Shown: one piece after another, positions 37,698-50,605 of the stretch
How positions within the stretch are numbered: the first letter of the stretch is position 1
Layout: every line of letters starts with the position of its first letter
NCBI GenBank assembly: GCA_026770705.1
Contig: JANJGN010000026.1
Coordinates: 36,394,001-36,458,000, forward strand
Direction: 5' to 3'
DNA from: Isurus oxyrinchus
Taxonomy: Eukaryota
Length of the DNA: 64,000 bases
Program-made: the position numbers and the translations under genes
The notes under the pieces: model-generated
Databases searched by the model: none
The model's input: the letters and a program-made list of their open reading frames with translations, nothing else
What the model was told of the DNA's origin: nothing

Positions 37698-40684
37698 GTA
37701 AGAACCATGCACTTATTAAAAACTGTACTATTTAAGTCTTTGCTTTACATTTTTGTCTATTTTAATAATTCACTCGTTGACTGAAATGTGGGTTTGGTGG
37801 ATTCTGTGTGCAGATTTTTTTACAATGCTTCATGCGATTCTGCTGAAATTGAGTTATATAATTCCGCTGTGTCTTGACAAAAAAGTGTTACTGAGGGATT
37901 GAGTCCCTGGTTGTTGTGATTTGGTGTTTATCTGCTGAGGATACTGTGTGACCGGGCTACTTGAAATGTCTAACGTTTGTTAAAACAGTTTGACGTTTCT
38001 GCAATGTTTAATATCGGTGACATCTAATGGCTGCGGGTTTTACCATCTGTTACACAGGGTTTAAATATGTCTGAAATCAATCCTAATTTAAACAAAATGT
38101 GCTTAAGTTTCAATGTTAATTTATTGAACATGTTCCGCCTACTCACAATGCTGGTGCCATTATTCCATATTTCTGTTTAGTTTAATTATTCATTCATTTG
38201 GTGACGATCGAGTTGTCTGGATTCGTTGTTGAGTTTTTCTTGCAATGTGACATTGAATTCTGTTGGAAGTATTTGTTCAATTGAGCTGCTTCTCCATGAA
38301 ACAGGTTTCAGCCCCTCAGTGATGTGATTCTGGTGTATTTTCTGCTGAGGAGATTGTGTGTCTGGGTGACTTTGAATTAGTAGAATTTGTGAAACGGTTT
38401 GGCGGTTCTGCATTGTTTCTGCTTTGTTTAAACTCGGTGACATTGAGCGGTTACACGTTTTGTGGTTGAATGGAAACAGTCTACGCGTTTGTATCTGCTT
38501 GAAGCGCGATTGTAGGCAGAAAACAGGTTTCAGAAATGGGGAAAAAGCGTTTAACGATGCCTTAGAACATTTTGTTTTTATTTTAAGTGATAATTGCAAA
38601 TTAAACTAAATCATGGATAATGACGCTCATTCAGAACATAACTCGGTACTGCAATCAGAAACTATATAATTAACAAGTTTTCAAATTGTAAAGTAAAATG
38701 AATATAATTCAAACAATTATAATATGGTAATATTTCTCCATATTGACGGAACAACTTTCATATTAACATAATTGCTCATTAATCGTCTTTCACAATTCTG
38801 CTGTGCGCTGCGCACTATTAAGATGATAGGAAAAGTTTTTAGGCTGGAAACATTTTGTGATTATGTATTAAAAAAATCAATAAGAATATACTGACTCTAC
38901 AGAATTGTTCAGATTCACAAGAGATTTTGAATTATTTTTTTTAGATCCCTGATAACCTTTATCTTAAAATCTTAAAACCTTATCTTAAAGACTTAAAGAG
39001 GAGTTTGACATTGCAGTTTGGCAATATGTGTATCCGTTTATTACAACCTTTCTGTGCAACCAGAGACGCATTATTCCTTCAATGTCATTGGGATTTGGAT
39101 AGCGAGATAATTGTCACTAGTTTAATCTTAAACAGTTTTTTGGGGGTAGAATTTGCTGGCAGTAAATGAATTGTTCTTACATTTTCTTGAAATGTAGGAA
39201 GGTGCAGACTGCATATGAATAGAGATTGACAAGTAAAAGCTTGAAATTCGAACAGATTAATTTAATTGCAAACATTAATATTAGTTTTGAGCTTAATAAC
39301 AATACCTCCCATAGTTGTGCTGGACACAGAATAGAATTATAGGGGAAGAACAGATTATATCTGAGATTCATGCTTAATTCTTATTAAATGTTAAATTGAA
39401 GAACAAAATCTCGAATCCTTTTGCTGGTTATATTTCAGTGGCGCAGATGATCTGAATGAATTGTTCTCATCAAGTTTTATACTGATCAATTTGGATCTTC
39501 TTTCAATGAACAACATATTTAACCATTAAATTATAGGGATTGTTATCTAGGAAGCACTTTTATTGTTAAGTAACTGCTAGGAACATTTTTTACATATAGC
39601 TTGGAATTAAGACAAGTTTGCTTTAACCAACAGATGGTGTTACAGCCCATCGACAGTTAATGTGATGTGACCCCCGGCCATATTTGAAAATATTTAAAAT
39701 ATTCCACTCATAAAGTCATCGTGTGAATTACTCGATGAGAATAGATGGAATTTATGATTTCTCAATGCGTTCAGAAACACGCATAGTTTACAATTTTGTA
39801 CGTTAAAACAGAGCAGTGGAAGTAAAAGTAAAATAGTAAATAATGATTAGATTTAAGTAAAATTGATATACTTCTCTGAATGTTACCATCTGGTAATTTC
39901 AAGTTTATTGTTCAACATTGTTTCAGTGTCAGGTTGATTTAAATAAACCCCAATTATTTCACAAAGTACCAGGGAGAAACAAGTTTTCAATTATTGAAAA
40001 CCATTTTTAATATTATAGAGTAGAAATCAGCTAACAAGAAAATGAATTGACAATAACAAGATAATTAACTTACAAGATAATATTAGTGAAAATTAATTCA
40101 ACATAAATAAACTCCAACAATTAAGTAGTCATTATAATGAATGCAAAATCTCAAAGGGTGGAGAGAATTTTTAATTGTATCCAAAATGAATTTAGAAAAG
40201 AATACTTCCTTACTCAGCTGTGCTCAGCTCGATAAGGTGTTTCGCCTTGATGATTTTCTTGATTATATTTATATCTACAATCACATCAAATCAGTGGGTA
40301 ATCGATTTTCAATATGACTATTTCCTGATTTGTTTAATTCTTACCTTGTCATTGAGTTTCTGTTACGGACATGAAATTACCCTGAATCTGTCATATTTAA
40401 TGTGCTCATTTTCAGGGTAACTTAAATCTTACATTGTTTGGAGATTTGAGGCAGACAGGGAGAATTAAATGGAGTTCAAAGGGAGTTTTAAAATGAAAAT
40501 CAGATTAATTTCAAAGAAGTTATAGAATAATTGTAGTAAATTGACCATTGATCAATTAGAATCAAACAGCTTGAATAAAATGGACAGATTGAACAGATCT
40601 ATCTGCTGGGAACTCACTTGTTGCATCATTTATGTCTGTTCTGTGCCTGTGCGCGTGGTCACTATGCTGGGACCAGGATTCTGA

Positions 40685-41140
40685 CATATTGACAGTGAAG
40701 GAACGGCGATATAATTCCAAGTCAGAATAGTGGGTGCCTTGGAGGGGAACGTACAGGTGACAGTGTTTCCAAGCACCTGCTGCCCTTGTCCTTCTAGTTA
40801 GCAGAGATTGTGGGTTTTAAGGGTGCTCCTGAAGGAGCCTTGGCGAGTTGCTGCAGTGCATCTTGTATATGGTACACACTGCTGTCACTGCGCATCGGTG
40901 GGGGAGGGAGTAAATGTTTAAGGTGTTGGATGGGGTACCAATTCTGTGGGCTGCTTTGTCCCGGATAGTATCGAGTTTCTTGGGGTTTTTTGAAGTTTCA
41001 CTCATTGAGGCAAGTGGAAACTATTCAATCCCAGTCCTGACTTGTGCCTTGTAGATGGTCAGTTGTCTTTGGGCAATAGGAGTTGAATTGCTCGCCACAG
41101 AATTCCCAGCCTCTGACCGGCTCTTGCAGCCACAGCATTT
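40685..41140 (-). mobile_element. LINE 3' fragment (the family whose tail is shared with the SINE)
   Basis: KKLDTIRDKAAHRIG..VCTIYKMHCSNSPRLL; overlaps in sequence with 50280-50485. Confidence 0.8.
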
Positions 41141-41904
41141 ATATCAAAACTGGATTGAACCCTCTCGTGGGCATATTTGATGGAACAATGTAGAGAGAGT
41201 TTTATTTTATGTCAAACCAGTGCTGTACCTGACCCGGAGTGTTTGACAGTTCAGTGGAGAATTGGCTTTCTGTTGAATCCCATCCTTGCAGCTGATGACA
41301 GGAGTGTAGCGGAGGAGGAGTGGGGGCTTTAATCCATGTCTTAACTTGTCCTGTTCCTGACTTGAGAGCCTTTTCCCTGCAGAGGTCAAACAAACTGAAT
41401 CAGCATCGAACTAACTGGCTGTGAGTCCTAGACCAGATCTGTGAAAATAAATAGTTCCATTGCTCGGTTGAAATGACGCACATTAATTGTTTTTAACAAT
41501 ATTTCTGGAGAGAACATGTATGCATTTTAAATGAATTAATTATGTTTAAGCATTTTGAGTATCAGAAAATCATTGAATGTGAGTGACCTGAACTTGAGCA
41601 CAATTTCAGAACAAACAGAATCAGGGAGTAACAGTGAGGCTCCAGAGAGCAGCACCTGTTCTGATCTGATCAGAGGCTGCAAGTTATTTAAATGATTGAA
41701 ATGGACAATGACCATCCTCCCGCTCCAAATAACCAGTCGTGGGGAATTTGGGGAAAAGAAGCCGCCATCAAAGACTGAGTTATTGAATTGCCGCCTGCAG
41801 GGGGAGGAATGAATGACAGAAATAAGAGCATGAGGAGGATGTTCGGCCCTTCGATCCTGCCCTCCATTCAGTCAGATCATGGTTCATCTACCTCGACACT
41901 CAGT

Positions 41905-42385
41905 CTCTTTACCACACACCCTCACTCGCTCACTCTCTCTGTCACACACGCTCTCTCTCTCACACACACGTTCACTCTCTCTCTCTCTCTCACGCATTTT
42001 CTCTGACAGACACACACTGTCTCTTTCTCTCTCTGTCTCACACACACACACAAACATACTCTCACATTCTCTCTTTCACACACACAAACTCTCTTTAACA
42101 CGCCCACACTCTGTCTCACACATTGTCTCTCTCTTTCACACACACTCTCAAACATACTATCTCAACTACACACACTCTCACGCACGTGCACACTGTCTCT
42201 CCAACACACACATGCACTATTTCTCACACATGCACTCTCACACACTCATTCTCTCTCACACACACACACACACTTTCTGTCTCTGTCTCTCTCTCTTTCC
42301 CTCTCAAAAACACACATACACTTGCATGCACTCTCTCTCTCTCTCTCTTTCTCACGCACACACACACATTCTCACATACATATGT
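41905..42385. repeat. Mixed (CT)n/(CA)n low-complexity tract
   Basis: Direct reading. Confidence 0.93.
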
Positions 42386-42959
42386 GGGCTGAAAATACTA
42401 ATTTCAGAATGAAAATCCGTTAAACTGCAGGCATGTTCATTGTTCCATTTCTGAAGTCCTTTTGTGTAAAATGCAATTACACAGGTGACATCACTATATA
42501 TGTGGAGAATTTCCAAGTGTTGAACTAAACACAAAGAAACAAGAAAATGGGAGGGATGTGATGGAGACCACGGCCGCCTTGATCCCCAATACTGGTGCAC
42601 ACTTGGTGCAAGATACCTGCACGGCCCATCCTGGTTTTGCTGTAACCTTCCCCTCCAGCCCCTCAGTCTGCCTATTCGCACACTGACACGGGTTTCTTAA
42701 AGAAAGGCATCAGCATTAAAGCAGCTGGCCAGTGCTCTACACTGCTGCCTGACTTTACACAGCCGGTGTTACTGAAAGCTGATCAATCTGGAGAATCGGG
42801 ACAGGGTCGATGGAGAGGAAGAGGAGGAGGTGGAGCTGGTGGAGCTGAATGGAGGAGGCCCCAGCTCGGCAACAGGCAATGGAAAGCTGAGCCAGAGCAG
42901 AAAATCATCTGGAGAAACATCACCTTGATGAGCCTGCAGCACCTGGGCACCGTCACTAC

Positions 42960-43770
42960 CCACAATCATCACCCTCATTCTCTCACTCATCCTCACTACC
43001 CATAATCACTCATCCTCACTCAATCTCACTCACTCACCCTCACTCACTCGCCATCACTCATCCTCACTCCCTCACCCACCCTCACTCACTCACCCTCGCT
43101 CACTCGCCCTCACTCCCTCTATCACTCATCCGCCCTCCCTCACCCACCCATGCTCACTCACCCTCACTCACTCACACTCACTCACCCATCACTCACGCAC
43201 CCTCACTCACTCTCTCTCACTCACCCTCACTCACCCATTTTCATTCTCACTCAATTACTCACCCTAACTCACTCACTCTCACTCACCCTCACTCACCTTT
43301 CCCTACCGAGCCTCATTCTCACTCAATTACCCACCCTAACTCACTCACTCTCACTCACCCACAGTCACTCACCCAGCCTCATTCACAGTCATTCACCCAC
43401 CCTCACTTATCCACCCTTACTCATCCACCCTCACTCATCCTTACTCAAACTCACTCATCCACCCATCCTTATTCACCTACCTGCACTCAGTCAATAACTC
43501 ATCCTCCCCACCCTCACACACTCAATCACCCTCACTTACATATCCACCCTCACACACCCAGCAACTCTCACTCACCCACTCATCCACCCTCAGTCAATCA
43601 CCCACCCTCACTCACTCATCCATTCTCACTCACCCACATTCAGGCACCCACCCACGCTCACTCATCACTCACCCACGCACCCTCACTCACTCAGCCACCT
43701 GCCCTCGCTCTGTCACTCAGCCACCCTCACTTTGTCAACCTTGCACAGGCTCACTCACTCGATCACTTTT
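42960..43770. repeat. C-rich (TCAC)n/CACCCTCACT tandem repeat (G-rich on bottom strand)
   Basis: Direct reading; almost no G on the top strand. Confidence 0.93.
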
Positions 43771-43889
43771 CCTAAATCGGCGTGTGGGAGGGCGGGAACT
43801 GCGGGAACGAGAGACCTGGAAGCGAGGCCTGAGGCCTAGCAGTGCCAAAAAGTGGAGGATGGCCGAAGGGAGCGATGAGTGTCGGTCGA

Positions 43890-45500
43890 AAGGGCAGAGA
43901 GGCGAGGAGAAAGTGCAGAGAGCCTGGGGGAAAAGGCAGAGAGCCGAGGAGGTTGGGGTGGAAGGGCAAAGAGCCGGGGGGTTTGGGGGGAAGGGAAGAG
44001 AGTCGGGGAAAAGGGCAGGGATCCAGCAAAAAGTGCATAGAGATTGGGCAAGGGTCAGCGAGCCCGGGAACGGTCAGCGATCCAGTGGAAAAGGTCAGAG
44101 AGCCGAGCGAAAGCGCAGAGACCCATGGAGTAAGTGCAGAGAGCTGGGGGAGAAAGCACAGAGAGGCGGGGGGTGGGGTGAAGTGCAGAGAGGCAGGAGG
44201 GGGAAAGGGCAAAGAGGCGGCGGGGGAAAGGGAAACGGCAGAGAGGTGGGGTGGAGGGTTGAGAGGCGGGGGGGCAGTGTGGAAAGGGCAATAAAGCGGG
44301 GGGCAAAGGGCAGAGAGGCGGGAGGGGGAAAGGGCAGAGAGGCAGGAGGGAAAAAGGACAGAGAGGCAGGAAGGAGAAAGGGCAGAGAGGCAGGAGGGGG
44401 AAAGGGCAGAGAGGCAGGAGGGGGAAAGGGCAGAGAGGCTGGAGGGAAAAAGGACAGAGAGGAGAGGAGGAAAGGGCAGGGAGGCCGGAGGAGGAAAGGG
44501 CAGAGAGGCCGGAGGGAAAAAGGGCAGAGAGGCGGGAGGGGAAAAGGGCAGAGAGGTGGGAGGGGAAATGGGCAGAGAGGAGAGGAGGAAAGGGCAGAGA
44601 GGCAGGAGGGGAAATGGGCAGAGAGGAGAGGAGGAAAGGGTAGAGAGGCGGGAGGGGGCAAAGGGCAGAGAGGTGGGAGGGTGAAGGGCAGGGAGGCGGG
44701 AGGGGGAAAGGGCAGAGAGGCCAGAGGGAAAAAGGGCAGAGAGGCAGAAGGGTGAAAGGGCAGAGAGGCTGGCGAGAAAGGGAAGAGAGGCGAGGGGTAA
44801 AGGGCAATGAGGCAGGAGGGGCAAAGGGCAGAGAGGCGGGTGGGGCAAAGGGCAGAGAGGCGGGTGAGGGGAAAGGGCAGAGAGGCGGGAGGGCAAAGGG
44901 TAGAAGGGCCAGAGGGGGAACGGGCAGAGAGACGGGAGGGGGAAAGGGCAGAGAGACGGGAGGGGGAAAGGGCAGAGAGACAGGAAGGGGAAAGGGCAGA
45001 GAGACGAGAGGGGGAAAGGGCAGAGAGACGGGAGGGGGAAAGAGCAGAGAGGTGGGAGGAGGAAAGGGCAGAGAGGCGGAGGGAGGAAAGGGCAGAGAGG
45101 CAGGAGGGGGAAAGGGCAGAGAGGCGGGAGGGGGCAAGTGCAGAGAGGAGGGTGGGGGTAAAGGGCAGAGAGGTGGAGGGAGGAAAGGGCGGAGAGGCAG
45201 GAGGGGGCAAGTGCAGAGAGGCGGGAGGGGGAAAGGGCAGAGAGGCAGAGGGAGGAAAGGGCAGAGAGGCAGGAGGGGGGAAGTGCAGACAGGAGGGTGG
45301 GGGTAAAGGGCAGAGAGGCTGCAAGGGAAAGGGCAGAGAGGCAGGAGCAGGCAAGAGCAGAGAGGTGGGGGGGAAGGGCATAGAGGCGGAGGGAGGAAAG
45401 GGCAAAGAGGCGGAGGGAAAGGGCAGCGAAGCGGGCAGGGGGGAAGGGCTGAGAGGTGGGGGAATGGGGAAGGGCAGCAAGGTGGGCAAAAGTGCAGAGA
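43890..45500 (+). repeat. G-rich polypurine 24-bp tandem repeat (AAAGGGCAGAGAGGCRGGAGGGGG), roughly 55-65 copies
   Basis: 24-bp period, e.g. 44401-44424; extreme G/A skew on the sense strand of IgH. Confidence 0.96.
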
Positions 45501-45974
45501 GCCGGAATACAGTGGGGACATCCGGGCGAAAGCATTTGTGAGCCGAGGCTCCAGGCACCCTGGGCCCCATTCTCTCTCACTCTCTCTCTCTCCCTCATTG
45601 CATCTCCTCCTCCTGAAATCCTTTCCTTTCCTGGGGAAAGGTGATAAGTGCCTAGGAGAGAAAGGAGACAATGTCTCAGTGCGCTCCCCCCCCCTCACCC
45701 CGGCCCCACCGGCTTCCTACACCTTCCTCCAGTGGGTGTTCACTGCCCCTCCAATCACAACCTGTTTGTCTCCCACTTTTCCTGCTGATAGGCCCACTAG
45801 TCAGGCTATCAGCAGCTAACGGGGTAGGGGGTGCGCCTGAGATTGGGGGAGCATCTCCTTGCAGATATCTTCAACTCCACTTACCTGCCTTACTAGCATT
45901 TTGAACAACGGCTCCGGGGGCCAGACAGAGGGGCTTCGGGGGCCACAATCCAGTGAAGGGACATGGATTGGACA

Positions 45975-47580
45975 AGCCCATAATAAAGGAAAATAAGGAA
46001 ATGGGCAGAGAAGTTGGCCAAATACTTTGGCCTTAACGAGATGGTTACTAAAATGGCAGAGGCATTGGTTTTAATTTTCCAAACTTCCCGAGATTCTGAA
46101 ACAGTCTAATCAGGTTGGAAAATAGAGAATGAGGCTTTCTCTTAAATAAAGGAGGGAAAGGGAAAGCAAGAAACTACAGGCCAGTTAGCTTAACATCTGT
46201 CAGAGCGAAAATGTTTTAATCTTTTCTTAAAGAGTATATCATGAGTCACCAAGAAAATCCAAATGCAAATATGGAGATCCATCATAGTTTTGTGAAAGGG
46301 AAATCAATCACGTTTGGCTGATTTATTTGAGGCCTTTGAAGTAAGAAGGAACATGAATAAAGGAGAACCTGTGGGTGTGCTATACTTGGACTTCAAGAAG
46401 GCATTTGACAAAGTGGCACGTCAAGGTTATTACACAAAATAGTGGTGTCAGCAGTAACATTTCAGCATGGATAGAAGTTTGGTTAGCTAACAGGAAACAG
46501 AGAGCAGGGATAAATTGGTTATTTTAGATTGGCAAGATGTGACAAGTGGAGTGCCACAGGGATCAATGCTGCGGCCTCAACTATTTACAATTTATAACAA
46601 TGACTTGAATTAAAGGACTGAATGAATTTGCTAAATTTGCTGATAACACAAAATAGATAGTAAAGTAAATGGTGAAGAGAGGTTAAAGATCAGCAAAGGG
46701 ATATCGATAGGTTAAGTGAGTGGGCAAAGAAAATGACAGATGGAGTATAATCTGGGAAAATATAAACTTGTCCACTTTGGCAGGAAGAATACAAAAGCAG
46801 CGTATTATTGAAAGGGAGAGAGATGGCAGAACCCTGAGGTACAAAGGGATGTGGATCCCTTGGTGTATGAATCACAAAAAGTTATAATGCAGGAACAGCA
46901 AGTGATGAGGAAGGCAAAGGGAATGTTGGCATTTATCACAAGGGGAACAGAATATAATGGAAGGATATTTTGCTACAGTTTAACGGGGTGGCGATGAGAC
47001 CTCGTCTGAATTACTGTGTACAGATTTGGTCTCGTTTAAGAAAGGATATAAAAGCATTAGAAGCTGTTCAGAGAATGTTCATTCAAATGATACTGGGAGG
47101 TGTCGTCGGTTATCTTCTGAGGAAAGTTTGGATAGGCTGGGCCTGTATCCATCGGAGTTTAGAAGAATAAGAGCTCATTTTATTCAAACATATAATATCC
47201 TGAGGGGAATTAACAGGGTGGATGCTGAAAGGATGTTTCCCCTTGTGAGAGAGACTAACGATAGGGAACACGGTTTAAAAATAAGAGGTCTCCCATTTCA
47301 GACAGAAATGAGGGGATTTTATTTTTTCTTTCAATGACTCGTGAAACTTTGGAACTCTCTTCCCCAGAGAGCGATGGAGGAGGAGTCATTAATATTTCAA
47401 GGCAGAGGTAGAGAGATTCTTCATTGACAAGGGAGTCAAAGGTTAGCGGAGATTAGGCGGGAATGTGGAGTTCACGCCACAATCGGATCAGCTATGATCG
47501 GTAGTGAATGGTGGAGGAGGCCCCAGAGGCCGAATGGCCTACTCCTGCTACTGATCCGCACGTTCACATGTACATACGAT
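45975..47580 (+). mobile_element. CR1-type LINE fragment, decayed
   Basis: Remnants of NYRPVSLTS, YLDFKKAFDKV, SGVPQGSML, FADNTK, RPRLNYCVQIW and CR1 3' UTR. Confidence 0.9.
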
Positions 47581-48126
47581 TGGAAAATATCGTACTAACA
47601 GTCACTGGTATTCAGTTTAGGGTTCTATGGTCATTATATAGGTACCATTACAAAGGTACTTTCGAAGTGTTATTGCTGTTCTTTGTTTTGGGGGGGATGT
47701 GGAGAGGGGAGGGGCATCAGGAAATTTGAACAGAGCCCATTTTCAAAGCTGCAATGATATAAATGATGAGACAAATTCTCTATCACCACGTGCTGTTGAT
47801 TGAGAAATAAATGGTGCCAAAATAATGGGGAAGATGCTCTGCTCTTCCATTTTAATCCACTGAAAGGTACGTCATTCAGATGACATCAAAATGTTCTCTT
47901 TTAGTAATGGGATAGAGGCGGAAAAAGAGGTGTGGGTTTCTAAAGAGGGAACCGACAAGTGAGGGTCACCAAATGATGGAAATAATAAATGATCAAATGT
48001 GGATGTGGGCTTTAGTTGGAATATATTTGGATATGTTTATAGTTCTAGTCTAATGTCGAGTTGTTTGGTTACTTAATGATCACAAATCACAGAGTCTAAC
48101 TTGTTCGATCGGCCATTCTTTCCTAG

Positions 48127-48426
48127 CGACACCGTCTTCGCCCACTCTCTACAGCCTGGTCTCCTCCTGTCAGCAACACAACCCCGATGGCTCCGTCACC
48201 TACGGCTGTTTGGCGATGGACTACTCCCCAGAAATCACCAGCCTGACCTGGAAGAAAGATGGGCAGCAGATTACCACTGGATTTAAGACTTACCCGTCAG
48301 TGAGAAACCAGAAGGGAACTTTCACCCTGAGCAGCCAGTTAACCATCACAGAGTCAGATGGAGAATGCAGCAAAATCAAGTGTGAGGTTCGATACAGCGG
48401 CTCAGACAAGAGCATTGAAATGCACT
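48127..48426 (+). CDS. IGHM: IgM constant exon Cmu1
   Basis: TCCTAG acceptor; (A)[40 protein letters not shown]; donor T|GTAAGT. Confidence 0.97.
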
Positions 48427-48640
48427 GTAAGTATTGGGGAACCTGTGAGAAACAGAAAGACTGTGATTGACCTGTATAGGGCTTTGGCTGTAACGCATTT
48501 ATAGTGCTCTGCATAGTTCTGATCCCTGGAAATTCCAAGTTCGTGTCCATCGACCGCAAAGAGCCTGTTAAAATATAAGAACTTATTGTATCTGTTATCA
48601 ATTTCTTCTGCAAGAAATGGCTAACCTTTGTTTTTTGAAG

Positions 48641-48955
48641 GTCCTCGTCCTGACTTACCTCCAACTGTTCTCCTCACCGTGAGTTCCAGAGATGAAATCA
48701 CAACCAAAAAATTTGCAATCGCCGTCTGTTCAATCATCGATTTCCGTCCGAAGCCATTCACCGTGAAGTGGCTGAAAAATGGACAATCCATAAATTCAGG
48801 AATTGTCACCTCTCCCGCCTTTGGAATGAACGGGAACTTCTCGGCGACCAGTCGGCTGCAAGTCTCCGCTGGGGAATGGTTCAGCGACGCAGTCTATACC
48901 TGTCAGGTCACTCACCAAGGGGTCACCCAAAGTCGAAACGCCACCAAGTGTGAGG
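48641..48955 (+). CDS. IGHM: IgM constant exon Cmu2
   Basis: [31 protein letters not shown]; donor G|GTAAGA. Confidence 0.97.
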
Positions 48956-49289
48956 GTAAGAAATACAAACCGTGGAAGCAATAGATCATTCTCCACTCCG
49001 GTGTTAATCAAATCAGGAATTTATTGGAGTTAGTAGAAAGCACGAAACAACATCTAATTTACTATCATATAGTTGGTGTTTCATTCCGATGTAAGGGCTG
49101 CATTCGGATTATTCACCATTCAGGATTTGATCACATCACGTCTCTGCACTGACGTCATAGAGTATGTGAGGTGGACTTGATATCAGCTTTACCTTGAGTC
49201 AGCTGATCATATTTGGAGAGGCAGAAGGTATCTGGAACCCTTCACTGGTAACAGCTTCGAGACAGAGTGTTGGAAAGTGCACCCACCCT

Positions 49290-49505
49290 TTTTATAAAAC
49301 ATATTTCAGTCCTGTATTCCAGGGCCCAGGAATGATACATTTGTATTGGGACTGGGGCAACGCAGATTTATGAGAATGTTACCGGGGCTGAACGACTTAA
49401 ATTATGAGAACAATTTACACAGACCAAGCTGGTTTTCCATTGTGTAAAGAAGATTAAAAACGATAGTTAGAGGTTGATATGTCCCAGGTGATTTATTCTC
49501 CTTCA
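49290..49505 (+). mobile_element. Short decayed CR1 fragment
   Basis: QRRFMRMLPGL..LNYE-type remnant. Confidence 0.55.
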
Positions 49506-49579
49506 GGGAGAGAAGACTGAACACTGCTGTCCTGCTTCTGAAGGTGAAACTTTGGTTGATTTTCATTTCTGTCTCACAG

Positions 49580-49891
49580 GCGATCACCAATGCCTCAACG
49601 ATCCCACAATTACTCTATTGCCACCTCCAATAGAACAAGTCTTACTGGAGGCGACCGTGACCTTAACCTGCATCGTTTCTAATGCTCCTTTTGGAGTCCT
49701 CGTGTCCTGGACACAAGAGAAGAAGCCTTTGAAATCAGAGATCGCCGTCCAACCGGGAGAGGATCCCGACAGCGTGGTCAGCAACGTAAACATCTCGACA
49801 CAAGCCTGGCTGAGTGGGGCTGAGTTCTACTGCGTGGTGAGCCATCAGGATCTGCCGACTCCTTTAAGAAGTTCCATCCACAAGGAACCAG
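49580..49891 (+). CDS. IGHM: IgM constant exon Cmu3
   Basis: TCACAG acceptor; [32 protein letters not shown]; donor G|GTGAGC. Confidence 0.97.
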
Positions 49892-50279
49892 GTGAGCGGT
49901 GAGATTGAAGCAATAAGTTGTTCAATGTGTCTATTTCCAGTGTAAATGTAAGGATCAATATTTACTATTCAGTGTATTCATGGTCTACTCTGATTAGCAA
50001 TTTCGCCAACGAAACGCCCTGGGCCTGTGGACTTTCAGGAGGAAATTGATAAGTAGATGAATGAACAATGAATTGAAGGCTGTGCCATTGGGTTTAGATG
50101 AAGCAAGATGGGAGGAGCCTGGTGCGAAGCTGAAACACCAACATGGACCAGTTGGGCAGAATGGCCTGTTTCTATGCTGTAAACTTTGAGAAACTTTCTC
50201 GTCCAACCCTATAAGTTCTCAAGGAAAAGGATTGTGCCACCTCTGCTCCGAGCTGGAAAGCCGGACAGATCCCAAACTA

Positions 50280-50485
50280 TTTTATTTATTAATTCATGGG
50301 ATGTGGGCGTCGCTGGCTGGGCCAGAGTTATTGCCCATCCCTAATTGCCCTTGACAAGGTGTTGGTGAGCTGCCTTCTTGAACTGCTGCAGTCCATGTGG
50401 TGTAGATACACCCACAGTGCTGTTAGGAAGGGAGTTCCAGAATTTTGATTCAGCTATAGTGAAGGATCGGTGATATATTTCCAAG
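50280..50485 (-). mobile_element. LINE 3' terminus
   Basis: Reverse complement of AAGGGCAATTAGGGATGGGCAATAA..GCCAGCGACGCCCACATCCCATGAAT. Confidence 0.85.
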
Positions 50486-50605
50486 AAGTGGATAATGAAA
50501 AACCTTAATATTCATCACAAAACACGTTACTCTCACATCTAACCAGTGGTTTCATTGTCTATGAATGTATCCAGTTTATTAACATTTATTGTACATTTTC
50601 TGCAG

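Noticed and set aside
43772-45698. Long Pro/Leu/Ser-rich and Gly/Arg/Glu-rich ORFs up to 608 aa
   Set aside because: Open in nearly all frames because the 24-bp purine repeat lacks stop codons
46263-46270. Perfect octamer ATGCAAAT in the J-C intron as an E-mu-like enhancer
   Set aside because: Lies inside a decayed CR1 fragment without a convincing E-box/Ets cluster
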